Shown: positions 36,188 to 48,598, counted from the stretch's first letter. The stretch: DNA of 64,000 nt from Anaerolineales bacterium (GCA_036385495.1 DASVKG010000004.1:12085-76084); one strand, 5' to 3'. The notes: a model not told the origin generated them from the sequence alone. Numbers and translations: made by a program.

Positions 36188-38455
36188 TTAATTATTTAGG
36201 CTTATTTGCGCAAGCAAGCCATCCACAAAATCTTCAGGCGGCATCGGAATAGTTACCTTCTGAAAATGAAGCACCTCCAGCAATGGCATTTCCATCAAAA
36301 AGCCCATAGTGTCCATACCGGCCGCCTCGCCCCCACCAAAGGCGGTCTGGGTCTGGGCTACCATTTGCTGGAATATGGGAGCGAAGACGCGGTTGCCGCG
36401 CGGATCCTCCATCCAGTCAAGAAGGGTCGATTCGCGGTTCAGCAAGCAGGGAAGTTCCAGAGAGGACTCCAACGTGACGGTCTGGATGCAACGGATGTCG
36501 GCAGACGAAGCCCCGATCAGGATGTCGAATTCTCCATCCTCGGTGATCCACTGCTTATATGCAGGATGGTAATAGGCAAAGGCGCGGAAATCGAGTGCCA
36601 GGGACACAGTCCTGGTCTCCCCTGGTTGGAGCTCAACCTTGGTGAAGCCCTTGAGCTCCTTGGGCGGGCGGACCAATCCGGATTTGCGATCGTGCAGGTA
36701 TACTTGAACCACTTCCTTGCCAACCACCTTGCCGCTGTTGGTCACATCCACAGTAACAGTCAGACCATCCTTATCCCTGAATGTTGTCGCTGACACTTTG
36801 GGATTCTTGTAAGTAAAAGTTGTATAGCTCATCCCGTAACCAAAGGGGAATTGGACCGTTACTTCTTTGGCATCATAATAACGATAGCCAATGAAGATGC
36901 CCTCACCATAACGCACCTCTCCGTTTCCTCCGGGGAAGTTGATGTGGGCGGGTGTATCTACCAGCTTAAGCGGGTAAGTTTCCGCCAGCCTGCCGGAGGG
37001 GTTGACCTTTCCATAAAGTACATCAGCAATTGCCCCGCCGCCGGCTTGTCCCATCATCCAAGCCTCCAGCACGGCAGCCGTACCGTCTATCCATTCGCTC
37101 ATCACAACAGGGGCGCCATTATTTAAGATGATGACTGTTCTTGGTTGCACGGCCGTCACCGCTTTGATTAACGCAACCTGCTGCAATGTCAGGTCGAGGT
37201 CGTGCCGGTCGTAGCCTTCCGACTCCTTATAATCTGGCAGCGCGATATAAAGCAAGGCCACATCGGCGGAACGGGCGCTATTAACTGCCGCGTCGATCAG
37301 CGTCTGATCAAAAGCAATGCCTGCCGGATACCCCTCAGAATATGTCAGCGCAGCAATCCCGGCCAATTTTTGAAGTTCTTTAAACGGGTTATCCACTTGG
37401 GTGGGGTTTATGTGCGAGCTGCCTCCGCCCTGGAAGTGAGCCTCTTCAGCACCGCGCCCGATGACGGCGATATGCTGCTGTTCCTTCAAAGGAAGAATCC
37501 CGTTGTTCTTGAGCAGGACCATGCCTTCTGCAGCAATCCGGCGTGCCAAAGCGTGGTGCATAGCAGTATCATACGAACCGCCTTTAGTCGTCTCGGCTGC
37601 CTTGAAGACGATGCCCATGATCCGTCGCACTGATTCGTCGAGCACAGATTCATCCAGTGCACCAGAGAGAACAGCTTCCTCGACAGCGTTTACCCGCCGT
37701 TCCTTTGGGCCAGGCATTTCCAGGTCCAGGCCGCCTTTCAAAGAGACCACCCTGTCATGTACGGCACCCCAGTCGGAGACGACGAAGCCTTCGAAACCCC
37801 ACTCTTCCTTGAGGATATCCACCAGAAGCTTGTAATTCTCGGAGCAATAGGTGCCGTTAAGTTTGTTATAAGCGCACATTACCGTCCAGGGCTTGGCTTT
37901 TTTGACGGCGGTCTCAAAGGCGGGCAGGTAAATCTCCCGCAAGGTACGTTCGTCCATCTCGGAGCTGATGGTGAGACGCTGATACTCCTGATTGTTGGCG
38001 GCGAAATGTTTTAGGGAAGTGCCCACACCTTTGCTTTGCACACCGCCGATGAAACTGGCGGCCATTTGCCCAGCCAGATAGGGGTCTTCAGAGTAATACT
38101 CGAAATTGCGCCCTCCCAGAGGGGTGCGCTTCATGTTCGCCCCGGGGCCGAGTACTACGTCAACTTTCAGGGTGATGCACTCCTCCGCCAGGGCTTGCCC
38201 CATGGCGTGGATTAAATCCACATCCCAGGTGGAGGCCATACAGGAGGCGGTCGGGAAGCAGGTGGCGGGCAGACTTGCTGCAATAAAGTCGTTAACATCA
38301 GCCACGCGGCGCACACCGTGCGGTCCATCCGAAACGGTCAATTCCGGCAGGCCGAGGCGTTCTATCGGAGTCGTCGTCCAGGGGCTGGCTCCGGTACACA
38401 AGGCGGCTTTTTCTTCTAGAGTCATTTTTTTAATCAAGTCGTTAATATTGTTCAT
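36188..38455 (-). CDS. GH3 beta-glucosidase
   Basis: MTLEEKAAL, SDGPHGVR, KHFAANNQE and the nucleophile block GFVVSDWGA, plus a C-terminal FnIII-like domain. Start set to MNNINDL (ATG 38455). Confidence 0.85.
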   Translation of the reverse strand: MNNINDLIKKMTLEEKAALCTGASPWTTTPIERLGLPELTVSDGPHGVRRVADVNDFIAASLPATCFPTASCMASTWDVDLIHAMGQALAEECITLKVDVVLGPGANMKRTPLGGRNFEYYSEDPYLAGQMAASFIGGVQSKGVGTSLKHFAANNQEYQRLTISSEMDERTLREIYLPAFETAVKKAKPWTVMCAYNKLNGTYCSENYKLLVDILKEEWGFEGFVVSDWGAVHDRVVSLKGGLDLEMPGPKERRVNAVEEAVLSGALDESVLDESVRRIMGIVFKAAETTKGGSYDTAMHHALARRIAAEGMVLLKNNGILPLKEQQHIAVIGRGAEEAHFQGGGSSHINPTQVDNPFKELQKLAGIAALTYSEGYPAGIAFDQTLIDAAVNSARSADVALLYIALPDYKESEGYDRHDLDLTLQQVALIKAVTAVQPRTVIILNNGAPVVMSEWIDGTAAVLEAWMMGQAGGGAIADVLYGKVNPSGRLAETYPLKLVDTPAHINFPGGNGEVRYGEGIFIGYRYYDAKEVTVQFPFGYGMSYTTFTYKNPKVSATTFRDKDGLTVTVDVTNSGKVVGKEVVQVYLHDRKSGLVRPPKELKGFTKVELQPGETRTVSLALDFRAFAYYHPAYKQWITEDGEFDILIGASSADIRCIQTVTLESSLELPCLLNRESTLLDWMEDPRGNRVFAPIFQQMVAQTQTAFGGGEAAGMDTMGFLMEMPLLEVLHFQKVTIPMPPEDFVDGLLAQISLNN

Positions 38456-38551
38456 AACTTGCACCTTTCTGGCATCCCGATCTACGGGAAAGAGATAAGC
38501 ATCAATATCGTCACTAGGATGACCAAGTAACAAAATGGAAATTCCAGGCTC

Positions 38552-41044
38552 TCAAGCTGCAGCACTGTGTGAATAAGAGTCAAAGACTGAGCGGAGCCGA
38601 AATGCTTTTTTCGCCCGGCTTAGAGTCCAACCGGCTGGGAGCGAGCAAGAAATCCTGGTTGTCCGACCAGGAGGCAAGTTAAAGTAGTTATCGCTAAATA
38701 CGACGTCGGCGCCAGTCAGAGCCACCTCCACCAAGAGCGCCAGAGAATGGGAAGTCAGGCCAACGATCAATTGTCCCTGCTCGGCACGAAGGTCCACGGT
38801 CACCGCCGGGTCAGCCAGGGATAAGTGCTTGATGGGGGCGAAGCCCGCTGTTTGCCGGGTCACAAACCGATCCCCCTGCCAAAGTTCAGCTATGAAAACC
38901 AACATGCGGATGTTGTCATCCGAGATGTGGTCGGAAAAGTTGAGAAGACAAACCCGGGTCGCGGCTTGGGGGGCGGCCTTGACCGGCGCTTCTCCCGAGG
39001 TGAGGACCTCGCCAGCGAGCGTCTCCAGCGACCAGCGAACACTCCCCTCCCAGGGCACGAGCAGGTCATTGGAGACATAAACTCCCTGTTCGGGCGGCTT
39101 GTCTTCGATGGAAAGCATCAGTGGTGCATAGAAGCGGCGTGCGGCGTAGTGCAGTGCCTTCCAACGCCCGAAGTAATCCAGGCTGGACCAAGAGGCCACC
39201 GGCCAGCAGTCGTTGAGCTGCCAGTACAGGATCCCGGCGATGCGATCGGGATGGCGCCGCCAATGTTCCACGCCGTAACGGATTCCCTCCGCCTGGAGCG
39301 CCATGCTCAGGTAAACCAGCGAAACAAAATCCTTGGGCAGCCGGAAGGTGTCCAGCATCTGTCCGACCATCAGGGAGTTTCCACTGGCATTTTTCTGGTG
39401 CATTTCCATGATGTAGGAGGTCATATTCCAATCGGCTTCGTCGGCGTAGGTGCGGATGGTCTCCAGGGGTGGGAGCGCCTGGAAACCGAACTCACTCATA
39501 AAGCGCGGATACTGGTCGCGATAAGAGGTGAAGGGTTTTCGCCCATGCCAAACGTCCCAGTAATGGGAATCTCCCTGGTTCTGGCCGTTCGGATTTTCAA
39601 ATGGGATATCGGAGGATGGCGAGCTGGGCCAATAAGAGTGATCGGGATCTTCAACCTGGCACCATGTGGGCAGTGTATGGTGGAAAAACCGATCATAGGC
39701 GGCTTTCAATTCCTCATATTCGGGACGTTTCCAATTCCACTCCACCCATCCCCATTCCATCTCGTTGTTGCCGCACCACAGTGCCAGGCTGGCGCGATGG
39801 CGCAAGCGGTGGATATTCTCGACCACTTCCGCGCGGATGTTTTCGAGGAACTCCGGAGAGTCCAGCGGATAAATGCTGCACGAAAAGATGAACTCCTGCC
39901 AGACCAGGATGCCGTAACGATCGCAGAGATCATAAAAGCGTTCCTCCTCATAAAAACCACCACCCCAGACGCGCAGCATGTTCTGGTGCGTTTCGGCCGC
40001 TGAGCGTATGAGGAATTCCAGGGACTCGTCCGTAATCCGGGTGGGGAAGGAATCAGCCGGGGCCCAATTGGAGCCTTTGACGAAGATCGGAACGTTGTTT
40101 ATCACAAAGACAAAAGAGCGTCCCCACTGGTCTTCCTCCTGGCGCAATTCAATCGTACGCAGCCCAAGTTGGTAAGAACGCAGATCCAGAATGCCTGCCC
40201 CGGAAGAATCGACCGACACGAGTGATATTTCCACCTGGTAAAGTGGTTGACCGCCATAGCCATTAGGCCACCATAGTTCAGGTCTGGGAATCGGCACCTT
40301 CACAATCGCCTCATCCCGAGTAGTAATTACTGCTTTTTGTTCGAAGACCTCACCATCCGGTGCCTTGATGTGTACTACCGCGGCGAGATGCGTCCCTCCC
40401 CAGCGCTGGACGGGAACCCGGATTTCAATAGCGACTTGCCCGCCGGTGTGGATCTGGCGCAGATGGACTTCCGCTAGGCGCGCCCCGCTGTACCCCTCCA
40501 AGCGGATATCCTTCCAGATGCCGATCGGAGGGAGTTGCGGGCCCCAGTCCCAGCCGAATTGATAAGGGGACTTGCGCAGATGTGGGCCACCGGGAATCGC
40601 CTGAGGGACACCTGGCAGAGGACGAATGGCTTGCTTTTCCGCCGCGTATTTCACCGGCGAAGAGAAGGTGATCGTTAAGTCGTTGGCACCCTTTGCATTT
40701 AATAATTGTTTGATCTCCCATTGATACCGGCGGAACATGTTATCCGTGTGACCTAGCTCATGGCCGTTGAGGACAACCGTCGCCAGGGTGTCCAACCCGT
40801 CGCAAACCAGAAAAACCTTTTCTTCAGCAAGCAACCCGTCCGTGCAGGTAAAACTGGTCCGGTACACCCAATCGGACTCGGCGATCCACAGGACGCGTTT
40901 CTCGTTGTCGGCACCAAAAGGATCCGGAATTCGGTCGATTGCCAAGAGATCCATGTGAACACTTCCAGGAACGCTGGCCGGCAACCATTTTTTTGTTCCA
41001 ACTTGCTGAAATTTCCACTTTTCCGTCAAAGGTTGAATTTGCAT
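38552..41044 (-). CDS. GH2 beta-mannosidase
   Basis: N-terminal WKFQQVGTKKWLPASVPGSVHMDLL...IPDPF. Catalytic region WCGNNE and ...SEFGFQ, as in GH2 mannosidases. Start set to MQIQPL (ATG 41044). Confidence 0.75.
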   Translation of the reverse strand: MQIQPLTEKWKFQQVGTKKWLPASVPGSVHMDLLAIDRIPDPFGADNEKRVLWIAESDWVYRTSFTCTDGLLAEEKVFLVCDGLDTLATVVLNGHELGHTDNMFRRYQWEIKQLLNAKGANDLTITFSSPVKYAAEKQAIRPLPGVPQAIPGGPHLRKSPYQFGWDWGPQLPPIGIWKDIRLEGYSGARLAEVHLRQIHTGGQVAIEIRVPVQRWGGTHLAAVVHIKAPDGEVFEQKAVITTRDEAIVKVPIPRPELWWPNGYGGQPLYQVEISLVSVDSSGAGILDLRSYQLGLRTIELRQEEDQWGRSFVFVINNVPIFVKGSNWAPADSFPTRITDESLEFLIRSAAETHQNMLRVWGGGFYEEERFYDLCDRYGILVWQEFIFSCSIYPLDSPEFLENIRAEVVENIHRLRHRASLALWCGNNEMEWGWVEWNWKRPEYEELKAAYDRFFHHTLPTWCQVEDPDHSYWPSSPSSDIPFENPNGQNQGDSHYWDVWHGRKPFTSYRDQYPRFMSEFGFQALPPLETIRTYADEADWNMTSYIMEMHQKNASGNSLMVGQMLDTFRLPKDFVSLVYLSMALQAEGIRYGVEHWRRHPDRIAGILYWQLNDCWPVASWSSLDYFGRWKALHYAARRFYAPLMLSIEDKPPEQGVYVSNDLLVPWEGSVRWSLETLAGEVLTSGEAPVKAAPQAATRVCLLNFSDHISDDNIRMLVFIAELWQGDRFVTRQTAGFAPIKHLSLADPAVTVDLRAEQGQLIVGLTSHSLALLVEVALTGADVVFSDNYFNLPPGRTTRISCSLPAGWTLSRAKKAFRLRSVFDSYSHSAAA

Positions 41045-41241
41045 GATGTTATTCTTTTGCGAATGGAATGATTGATTTCGTTCTACAATTCTGTCACGAA
41101 CCTGCAAAAACATGTAATGTCAATTTCTTGGCAGGGAAGGTTCTGGCCACCACCCTTCCCCATGTAAAACCCGGGGTGTGTCATGTTTAGAATTCAGAGC
41201 ATTTCGTTAATTCTTTTGAATCCAAACTTAAGGGGAATGCA

Positions 41242-42054
41242 TTACACAGTTGAGAGATCCCACACTTCATGGATCTTTGGAACATCACTGATCAAGCGTC
41301 GAGTGTAGGCCTCTTTAGAATGCAGAATCACATCATCGGCACATCCGCTTTCAACAAATTTCCCATGCTCCATAATATATACGCTGTCAGAAACATAATA
41401 CGCCAAGCCAATATCATGGGTAATGAAAATAAGCGTCATCCCGGTTTCTTTACGCAGCTGCATTAACATATCCAGGATCGTGGCACGACAACAGGCATCG
41501 ATCATCGAGGTTGGCTCATCCGCCAGCAGGATCTTCGGCTTCAGCAGGAAGATACGGGCAATCATTAAGCGTTGCATCTGTCCGCCGGATAGCTCAAAAG
41601 GATACTTGTTGGTCAATTCCTCGAACTTCAAGTTCACAAAGCTGCAAGCCTCTTTCATCAACTCCACTTTTTTCGCACGCGGAAGTCTTCCGCCCCCGCG
41701 CATGCGAATACAATCCAAGAGCACGGCATCGATTTTACTAAAGATATTGTACGAAGAGAAAGGATCCTGAAAGATCGCCTGAATGTTTTTCCAATATTCC
41801 TGTTTCTTTTTTTGAGTACTGATATCACGCTTCTTCCCCTGGAAGTAAACCTCACCCTCTGTGACGCTGATCAATCCCAAAAGCATCTTCGCCAGTGTCG
41901 TCTTTCCACTGCCTGATTCGCCCACGATCGAGACGATTTCGCCATTGCAAAAATTAAAATCCACATGATCAACGGCGACGCATTCCTGACTGCCAAAACC
42001 AAAGACCTTGGTGAGCCCTGATCCAGTCAGGCAGGGTGTATTTTCATTAGCCAT
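41242..42054 (-). CDS. ABC transporter ATP-binding protein (OppF-like)
   Basis: Walker [10 protein letters not shown], signature LSGGQMQR, Walker B LLADEPTS. Confidence 0.88.
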   Translation of the reverse strand: MANENTPCLTGSGLTKVFGFGSQECVAVDHVDFNFCNGEIVSIVGESGSGKTTLAKMLLGLISVTEGEVYFQGKKRDISTQKKKQEYWKNIQAIFQDPFSSYNIFSKIDAVLLDCIRMRGGGRLPRAKKVELMKEACSFVNLKFEELTNKYPFELSGGQMQRLMIARIFLLKPKILLADEPTSMIDACCRATILDMLMQLRKETGMTLIFITHDIGLAYYVSDSVYIMEHGKFVESGCADDVILHSKEAYTRRLISDVPKIHEVWDLSTV

Positions 42055-43054
42055 TTTTATATGCCTTTCTCAGTTCTTCTTCAGAATAGATACACCGGTA
42101 AGTGCGACCGTCTCCAACTTCACGAAGGTCGATGGAATGCGTCTTGCATTCTGATATAACATACGGGCAGCGTTCGGCAAACCGGCATCCAACTGGTGGA
42201 TTTTTTAGATTGGGCGGTACCCCGGGAATAGCAGACAGTTTTGTTCCCCGCAGACCTTTTTCAGGCACAATGATCGAGCCCATGAGACCCTTGGAATATG
42301 GGTGGAGTGGATCAAACACGGCTTCCTTTGCGGTGCCTTTTTCCACGATCTGCCCTGCATACATCACCATAATATCATCGGTCACGTTGTAAAGCAGCGG
42401 AAGTTCATGCGTGATAAAGATCATCGCTTTAATGTAACCTTTTTCCATTAAATCCCGCAGCATCTTGATGACCATCTTTTGTGAAGTGACATCGAGGGCG
42501 GAGGAAGGCTCATCGGCTATCAACACGAGTGGTAATAAGATCACAGAAATCGCGATCACCGTGCGCTGTTTCATGCCGCCTGAAAGTTCAACGGGGTATT
42601 TTTGCAATACCTCGGCTGGAAGTCCCAGGATCTCAAAACGTTCCCTGGCAAGGTCATAAATCTCTTTCCTGGAAATGTCCGAATGATGCGCTTTAATGAC
42701 ATCCTCGACAAAGTTGATGATCTTCAGGGTGGGGTTAAGCGAGTCCATCGCGCATTGGGGGATATAGGAGATCTCCGTCCCCAATATCGATCTGCGGACC
42801 TCATCAGGGGCCATACCGATAATATTATGCCCGTCGACGATGATCTCTCCGCTCGTATAATGCAGCGGAGCGAAGTAATATCCCATCAAGCTGAGGGCGA
42901 GGGTCGACTTTCCGCAGCCGGATTCTCCAGCAATTCCCACCGATTTCCCTTCTTCAACTTTCAATGAAACATGGTCGACCGCGTAAACATCCTCCCCAAA
43001 CCGGGTGATGTATTTTGTCGTCAGTTCCTTGACCTCTAACATTACTCTTGACAT
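42047..43054 (-). CDS. ABC transporter ATP-binding protein (OppD-like, with C-terminal oligopeptide-type extension)
   Basis: Walker [10 protein letters not shown], signature LSGGMKQR, Walker B LIADEPSS. The C-terminal CRFAERCP motif is also present. Confidence 0.88.
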   Translation of the reverse strand: MSRVMLEVKELTTKYITRFGEDVYAVDHVSLKVEEGKSVGIAGESGCGKSTLALSLMGYYFAPLHYTSGEIIVDGHNIIGMAPDEVRRSILGTEISYIPQCAMDSLNPTLKIINFVEDVIKAHHSDISRKEIYDLARERFEILGLPAEVLQKYPVELSGGMKQRTVIAISVILLPLVLIADEPSSALDVTSQKMVIKMLRDLMEKGYIKAMIFITHELPLLYNVTDDIMVMYAGQIVEKGTAKEAVFDPLHPYSKGLMGSIIVPEKGLRGTKLSAIPGVPPNLKNPPVGCRFAERCPYVISECKTHSIDLREVGDGRTYRCIYSEEELRKAYKNG

Positions 43055-43063
43055 ATCAATCGC

Positions 43064-44317
43064 CTAGTCCCGCAATGCCGGGTTGAATACCTGGTCGAGA
43101 CCCGTATTCATCAAATTCATCGAGAATGTAATCAGGGCAATAGTGACGATCACCGGGAAGTACGCCCACCATTTTCCCAGGATCTCTGCCTGGTAGATCA
43201 TCGCCCAGTTCATCATCAAACCCAATGTTGGTACGTCTGTGGTCCTGGGTCCCAAACCAAGGATCGATAACCCGGCCTCCGCCAGGATGCCCGAGGAAAT
43301 CTGCAGAATAAACGCCATGACAACGTACGAAGCAATGTAAGGCAGAATATCCGTGGCGATGATGTGAACGATGGAGTGCCCGGAAAGTTTCGACAGGTTG
43401 ACATGGTCGCGGTTGCGCAGGGATACCACTTGCGACCGCACCGCCCTGGCAGTCCAGACCCAGGAGGTGAACCCGATCACTATTGCGATCGTGACCGCGC
43501 CGCGTTTCTCCTGCCCGATACTGAATGAAATCAAGATCAACAGTACAATAGAGGGGATCACAGTAAATATATTTGTGATGAACATGATGATGTCATCCAC
43601 AAATCCACCGATATACCCCCCCAGCAATCCCAGCGTCAAACCGATCAGGGTTGCAATGATACCGGCGACAAGACCGATCTGCAGGGATACGCCGGCGGCC
43701 TTAACCAGCTCCGTCAGCACATCCCTGCCGAAGTTATCGGTTCCAAGCAACAAAACGCGCACATTTGCAATATTACTGATATTCACGTAATCAGTCGAGT
43801 TGATGATGCCCGTCTGCGTCAGGACACCTGTCGTCGGGTTTGGTGCTGCAATGATCAACCCTTCGGTTGATAGAATTCCCTGGAGCGAGGCATTGACCCG
43901 AACATAGTAATTTCGCTTGGCATTGGTCATCCCAGGCAAATTTTGGTTGGAGTCATAATTTTTTTGCCACAGATCCAGGAGTGAGACTATGTCCGAAGTG
44001 TCTATTTGTGTGGCAGGGATCCCATCCGATACCAGCCATTCTTTCATGGCAAGGCGATCATCATTGCTCAATTTGATGGCAATCCGCTTCGCAGCGGCAT
44101 CATCAAGCATTAGTGTGTATGTTGTAGGGGCATTAATGCTGTCAAAAGTATTTACGTAGATGCCAGGTGGAAAGAAAGTACCCTTACCGATAATCTGCAA
44201 TGGAGGATATTTTATGACCAGCGGATAACCGATCACTATCAGCAGCAATGCCATAAAAATGGAAAAACCGACAATAAATTTTCCTGAGTGAAATACTTGG
44301 CGAAGCGTATGTTTCAT
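43064..44317 (-). CDS. ABC transporter permease (OppC-like, with a large periplasmic insert)
   Basis: BPD_transp_1-type core with the EAA-like block [11 protein letters not shown]. An N-terminal TM helix is followed by an extracytoplasmic loop of about 150 aa. Confidence 0.8.
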   Translation of the reverse strand: MKHTLRQVFHSGKFIVGFSIFMALLLIVIGYPLVIKYPPLQIIGKGTFFPPGIYVNTFDSINAPTTYTLMLDDAAAKRIAIKLSNDDRLAMKEWLVSDGIPATQIDTSDIVSLLDLWQKNYDSNQNLPGMTNAKRNYYVRVNASLQGILSTEGLIIAAPNPTTGVLTQTGIINSTDYVNISNIANVRVLLLGTDNFGRDVLTELVKAAGVSLQIGLVAGIIATLIGLTLGLLGGYIGGFVDDIIMFITNIFTVIPSIVLLILISFSIGQEKRGAVTIAIVIGFTSWVWTARAVRSQVVSLRNRDHVNLSKLSGHSIVHIIATDILPYIASYVVMAFILQISSGILAEAGLSILGLGPRTTDVPTLGLMMNWAMIYQAEILGKWWAYFPVIVTIALITFSMNLMNTGLDQVFNPALRD

Positions 44318-44331
44318 AACAGCCTCTATCC

Positions 44332-45336
44332 TTAATCAGCCTGGGCTGCTTTAATGCGCGGGTCAATGATGCCGTAAAGGATTTCGATTACAAAGGTCGC
44401 AACAAGCACCATCACCGTGATGATCAATGTTGAGGCTGAGATCAGCGGATAATCCTGCCCCACTACACTGTGCAAGAGAGTGGTACCAAGGCCTGGATAG
44501 CTGAAGATGATCTCCGCAAACAGGGCGCCACCGACCATGGTACCAACCGATAACGCCAGACCAGTCACCTGCGGAAGCATTGCATTTCTAAATACATAGC
44601 CGACGATCTTCCGGTCCGGGATTCCCAGGAAGCGGCTGTATTTTACATAATCCGCATTCAGTTCATAGATGGACATGGAGCGCATGCCAATCGCCTGACC
44701 GCCGATGGCGATCAAAACGATCGACCAGAACGGCAGCTGGTAATGGACGATCACCGACCACATAAATCTCCAGCTCAGGCTGGGAATCAGGTCAAACCCG
44801 TATCCGCCTGAAGTCGGGAACCATTTTAATGTGACCCCAAAAATGACCAGCAAAATGACTGCCATACCAAAGGCCGGGAAATTACTCACAAAAATACTAA
44901 CAGGCATGAGGACTTTATCAAAGCCTTTTTTAAGATAAGCTGCCAACGCGCCAAGCGTGTTGCCGATCAGCCAGCCAACGATGATCGCGGGGAATTGCAG
45001 ACACACCGTCCACCAGACGGAAGATTTTAGAACATCTGCAACCGTCCTGGGATATTGGCTGAAAGAGAAACCGAAATCGCCGTGCACGACGTTTCTTACG
45101 TAGAGAAAGAATTGTTCGAGCATGGGTTTGTTGGTGCCAAACAGTTCCGTGTATTGCTGATAGATCTTTTGGATGCCAGTAGCATTGCTCATGCCCTGGG
45201 CAAGCCTTGCTACGATGGCTGCCACAGGATCTCCCGGCATCAAGCGGGGCAGGATGAAATTCAACAAGAATGCGAAAACAAAAGTAACCAGGAACCAAAG
45301 CAGCTTGTTAAGGAAATATTTCCGGTATCCTTTCAA
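44332..45336 (-). CDS. ABC transporter permease (OppB-like)
   Basis: 334 aa, 6 TM helices, typical DppB/OppB organisation ([16 protein letters not shown] block). Confidence 0.8.
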   Translation of the reverse strand: MKGYRKYFLNKLLWFLVTFVFAFLLNFILPRLMPGDPVAAIVARLAQGMSNATGIQKIYQQYTELFGTNKPMLEQFFLYVRNVVHGDFGFSFSQYPRTVADVLKSSVWWTVCLQFPAIIVGWLIGNTLGALAAYLKKGFDKVLMPVSIFVSNFPAFGMAVILLVIFGVTLKWFPTSGGYGFDLIPSLSWRFMWSVIVHYQLPFWSIVLIAIGGQAIGMRSMSIYELNADYVKYSRFLGIPDRKIVGYVFRNAMLPQVTGLALSVGTMVGGALFAEIIFSYPGLGTTLLHSVVGQDYPLISASTLIITVMVLVATFVIEILYGIIDPRIKAAQAD

Positions 45337-45491
45337 CGCGACATCTCCTCGGATATATAATTGGCATTAAGCAGGAATAAAGTAATAGGCAAAAGGGGGA
45401 ATCAGATATTGGTTTACGGCTTCAGAGAATTGCGCTAATGGGGGCAAAGTCAGTATCAAGCTTATTATATATGATGGTTATTAGAAATTGG

Positions 45492-45524
45492 CAGCCATGT
45501 TCCGTTGTTGGCGGAACATGGCTG
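45492..45524 (-). other. Intra-operon stem-loop just downstream of the SBP gene
   Basis: 13-bp perfect stem CAGCCATGTTCCG / CGGAACATGGCTG, 18 nt after the SBP stop. There is no good U-run on the coding (minus) strand. Confidence 0.5.
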
Positions 45525-45541
45525 TTTTGTTATCTTACGGT

Positions 45542-47434
45542 TTACGGTTTCACAAGCGTCAGGTTATAGAGACCTGCAATACTCCAACCGTCAGTCAAGT
45601 CCAGCGGCGGGACGGGCGGGACGGTTTTATCATCCTGGTGCGGGAAGCCTGTCCAGACACTCTCGTTCACAGCATGGAACGATTGGGGACGATACATGAG
45701 TGTGAAGGAGGGGACATCGGTCAGGTAGATCTTGACCAATTCCGTGTAATCTGCCTTCAGCTTGGCGGGGTCCGTCAAAGTGGGGATCTCTTTGATCAAT
45801 GTATCTGCGGCAGGATTACTGTAACCGCCCCAGTTGCCATTCCAGTTCACCGCCATACCATTGAACTCAGAGCTCATCAAATGGCGGATACGGCTCCAAG
45901 GCTGGGTTGGGCCTGCGCCGTCACTCCACATCATGAAGATGTCATAGCCGGCGGGTAGGGGTGCATCCGACTTGGTGACGATGGACTGATAAACCGCCGC
46001 GTCCGGGTAGTTGGTGGTGATGTCGATACCGATCTTTTTCCCGGCGGCAGCAACCACTTCAATCGCGGCCTGCCAGTCGGACCAGCCCTGCGGGCAAGTG
46101 GCTACATAGTGAAGTGTCTGGCCTTTGTATTGGCGGAAGCCATCGGGGCCGACCGTAACACCGGCGTCATCAAGAAGCTTCTTGGCGCCTGCAATGTCGT
46201 TGCCAGCCCACTGCAGATCCGCAACCGCCGCGTGGTCATACATGGCCTGCTCGCCGGCAGTTGGGTTCATGAGGGAGCGCGGAACCTGGGTGAAGGTAGC
46301 CGATTGGTTGGTCATGGCGTTGGCAATGATGGTGGGATAGTCAACCGCTATGGCGATCGCCTTGCGGATCGCAACCTGGTCCAAACCGGGGGACTTCAGG
46401 TTGTAGAAGGCGGTCGGGAGGCTGGCCCCAATGCCATAAGGAGCATCGGGAAGGTAAGTTGAGACGGGCAGCGCGTAGTTAAGCCACAACACCTGAATAT
46501 TGGAGTTGAACTGCTGGCTGACGTCCACTTCACCTTGCGCCAAAGCTATGGAACCTGCCGCGTTATCCTTGAAGATGGTATGCGCCAGGTACTTTGGAAT
46601 AGGCAGCTTGCCAAACATGGAAACATCCTTGCCCCAGTAATTGTCATCCCGAATCATGACAACCTTGGTATCGTCCGTGAAGAATTTGTGATAGGGACCG
46701 GAGAAAACGACGTCTTCCGCAGTATCTGCCATGAACTTGGTGGCATCGCCACCGACACGAGCTTCCAGTGTCTGAGTCCAGGCTTTCTGGATGACATAGT
46801 TGGTGCTAACATAAGAAACGACCAGGAGAGGATTGACAGCTTTGCCATCCGCGCCTAGTTTGGCTTTGATAACTACCGTCTGGGGATCAGATGCTGTGAT
46901 GGTGTCGATATAAAGTTTGTTGGCAGTGCCGGTTGGGGTATTGTATTTGAGATGAGAGGCCCAGGTATAAGCAACATCATCAGCGGTAACCGGGGTGCCA
47001 TCGCTCCAATGTGCAGCAGCCTTGAGCTTGAAGGTGATCGCGGTCATGCCTGCATCCCATGCCCAGGGGCCAGCTGCCAGCAGAGGATACTGCTTGCCAT
47101 CGAGCATATCGTACAGGTACGGAGTTTCGAACATGGTGACCCGGGCGTTATCCTGCTGGTTAATGCCCATCGCATTGTTGCAGCTGGAAGAGTATGGATT
47201 CCAACAGACAACCGCACCCCACTGTTGACCATTGAAGTACAGGGTCTCGTTGCGGGGCAGGGAGGCAGCAATGTCCGCAGGTGCCGGGGTTGGGACTGCC
47301 GTTGGGGGTACTGCAGTCGGTTGCCCTGGAACACTCGTGGCTGGAGCCACGGTGGTGGCTGCAGGGCCGCAAGAGGTCAGCACCATGGTTGCAGCCATAA
47401 AGATCGCAACCAAGATATAAATTGACTTACGCAT
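45542..47434 (-). CDS. ABC transporter substrate-binding lipoprotein, family 5 (oligosaccharide-binding Opp/Dpp type)
   Basis: Signal peptide with lipobox LTSC, then a Pro/Thr/Ala-rich linker and an SBP_bac_5-like body. SD AAGGAGAG upstream. Confidence 0.8.
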   Translation of the reverse strand: MRKSIYILVAIFMAATMVLTSCGPAATTVAPATSVPGQPTAVPPTAVPTPAPADIAASLPRNETLYFNGQQWGAVVCWNPYSSSCNNAMGINQQDNARVTMFETPYLYDMLDGKQYPLLAAGPWAWDAGMTAITFKLKAAAHWSDGTPVTADDVAYTWASHLKYNTPTGTANKLYIDTITASDPQTVVIKAKLGADGKAVNPLLVVSYVSTNYVIQKAWTQTLEARVGGDATKFMADTAEDVVFSGPYHKFFTDDTKVVMIRDDNYWGKDVSMFGKLPIPKYLAHTIFKDNAAGSIALAQGEVDVSQQFNSNIQVLWLNYALPVSTYLPDAPYGIGASLPTAFYNLKSPGLDQVAIRKAIAIAVDYPTIIANAMTNQSATFTQVPRSLMNPTAGEQAMYDHAAVADLQWAGNDIAGAKKLLDDAGVTVGPDGFRQYKGQTLHYVATCPQGWSDWQAAIEVVAAAGKKIGIDITTNYPDAAVYQSIVTKSDAPLPAGYDIFMMWSDGAGPTQPWSRIRHLMSSEFNGMAVNWNGNWGGYSNPAADTLIKEIPTLTDPAKLKADYTELVKIYLTDVPSFTLMYRPQSFHAVNESVWTGFPHQDDKTVPPVPPLDLTDGWSIAGLYNLTLVKP

Positions 47435-47511
47435 TCTTCACTCTCCTTCTTAGAATAGGGTTGGGGTCGGGAGTAACTCCGACTCATTGGTAGGACATTG
47501 AATGTAGGGGA

Positions 47512-48564
47512 TTATTGATCAATTGGGATCTTGCTATTATCACCTCCTTCAGTCTTGGTTTTCAAAGTGCCACAGGATTCCCGGATCACCAATTCAGTGG
47601 CGACGAGAATGCTTCGCGTCTCTGTTCCAGGATGATTAATGACATCGATGAGGGTTTCAACCGCCAACATGCCCATGGATTCGATGGGCTGGCGAATGGT
47701 TGTGAGAGGGGGCTGGGTTCTTGATGCATTTGGAGTATCATCGAACCCGACCACCGCCACATCTTCAGGTACACGTAAATGGGCTTCATGGATCGCCCTT
47801 AAGGCGCCGACTGCCATTACATCATTAGCCGCGAATAATGCATCGGGTTTATGTGGGAGCAGCTGACGCATGGCTGCGTAGCCACCTGCTTCAGTCCAAT
47901 CCCCCTCGGTAGTCAGTTCAGGCAGAGCTTGTTGATTCCGGTCGCTTATGGCTTTGAGGTAGCCTTGATAGCGATCATAACTGGCGATCTGGTTCTGCGG
48001 ACCGGTGATCGTCGCAATACGCTTGCGGCCCTGGCGCATCAGGTGTTCGGTCGCCTCCCGGGCTGCCCGGACGTTATCCACATCGAGGTAATTCACGTCC
48101 AGGGTCGGGTGACGGCCAATCAGAATGAATGGCATTTTACTTTCATATAACGACTTAACGATCGGGTCGTCCATCAACGCCGAGGATAGGATTACCCCGT
48201 CCACCAAGCCGTTATGCAAAATCTGGCTGATGGTTCGACGCTCGAATTCGGGTTCTGCCAGCCAGAGCATGACGGAACGATTATGGGCGTTACATGCCTC
48301 AGAAACACCCTGAATCAGGACGGGGAAATAAGGGTCCGTGAAGATGAACCCCACTCCAGCCGGAATAACCAAACCGATGATATTCGTTCGTCCTACTGCC
48401 AACCCCCTTGCTGCAAGGTTGGGTTGAAAATTTTTATTATGGATAACTTGTAAAACCTTTTGACGTGTTTCCTCTTTGACATTGGAGTCAGCATTAATCA
48501 CCCGCGAAACAGTCGAGCGGGAGACACCACTGAGACGTGCAATATCCTCGAGAGTGAGTGGCAT
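47512..48564 (-). CDS. LacI-family transcriptional regulator (CebR/CelR-like)
   Basis: N-terminal [23 protein letters not shown] followed by a periplasmic-binding-protein-like sugar domain. Start set to MPLTLEDI (ATG 48564). Confidence 0.85.
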   Translation of the reverse strand: MPLTLEDIARLSGVSRSTVSRVINADSNVKEETRQKVLQVIHNKNFQPNLAARGLAVGRTNIIGLVIPAGVGFIFTDPYFPVLIQGVSEACNAHNRSVMLWLAEPEFERRTISQILHNGLVDGVILSSALMDDPIVKSLYESKMPFILIGRHPTLDVNYLDVDNVRAAREATEHLMRQGRKRIATITGPQNQIASYDRYQGYLKAISDRNQQALPELTTEGDWTEAGGYAAMRQLLPHKPDALFAANDVMAVGALRAIHEAHLRVPEDVAVVGFDDTPNASRTQPPLTTIRQPIESMGMLAVETLIDVINHPGTETRSILVATELVIRESCGTLKTKTEGGDNSKIPIDQ

Positions 48565-48572
48565 AATGGTTA

Positions 48573-48588
48573 TTGGGAGCGCTCCCAA
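48573..48588. promoter_or_regulatory. LacI-family operator, perfect palindrome TTGGGAGCGCTCCCAA (contains the CebR/CelR box TGGGAGCGCTCCCA)
   Basis: Exact 16-bp inverted repeat, 9 nt upstream of the regulator ATG and about 10 nt downstream of the -10 box of the promoter at 48599-48627. Confidence 0.75.
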
Positions 48589-48598
48589 CTTTCCATTC

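Noticed and set aside
38825-40003. 392-aa plus-strand ORF, along with many other 60-280-aa ORFs antisense to GH2, GH3, GH94, the SBP gene, aspS and others (for example 31218-32054, 36206-36793, 13276-13821, 25645-26268).
   Set aside because: These are shadow ORFs opposite genes with unmistakable family signatures. They are low-complexity Arg/Gly/Pro-rich translations with no ribosome-binding sites.
47435-47511. Imperfect palindrome GTCGGGAGTAACTCCGAC between the LacI stop and the SBP start, considered as a second operator.
   Set aside because: It does not resemble the TGGGAGCGCTCCCA box. It is more simply a small RNA hairpin between cistrons, and it has no U-tract.
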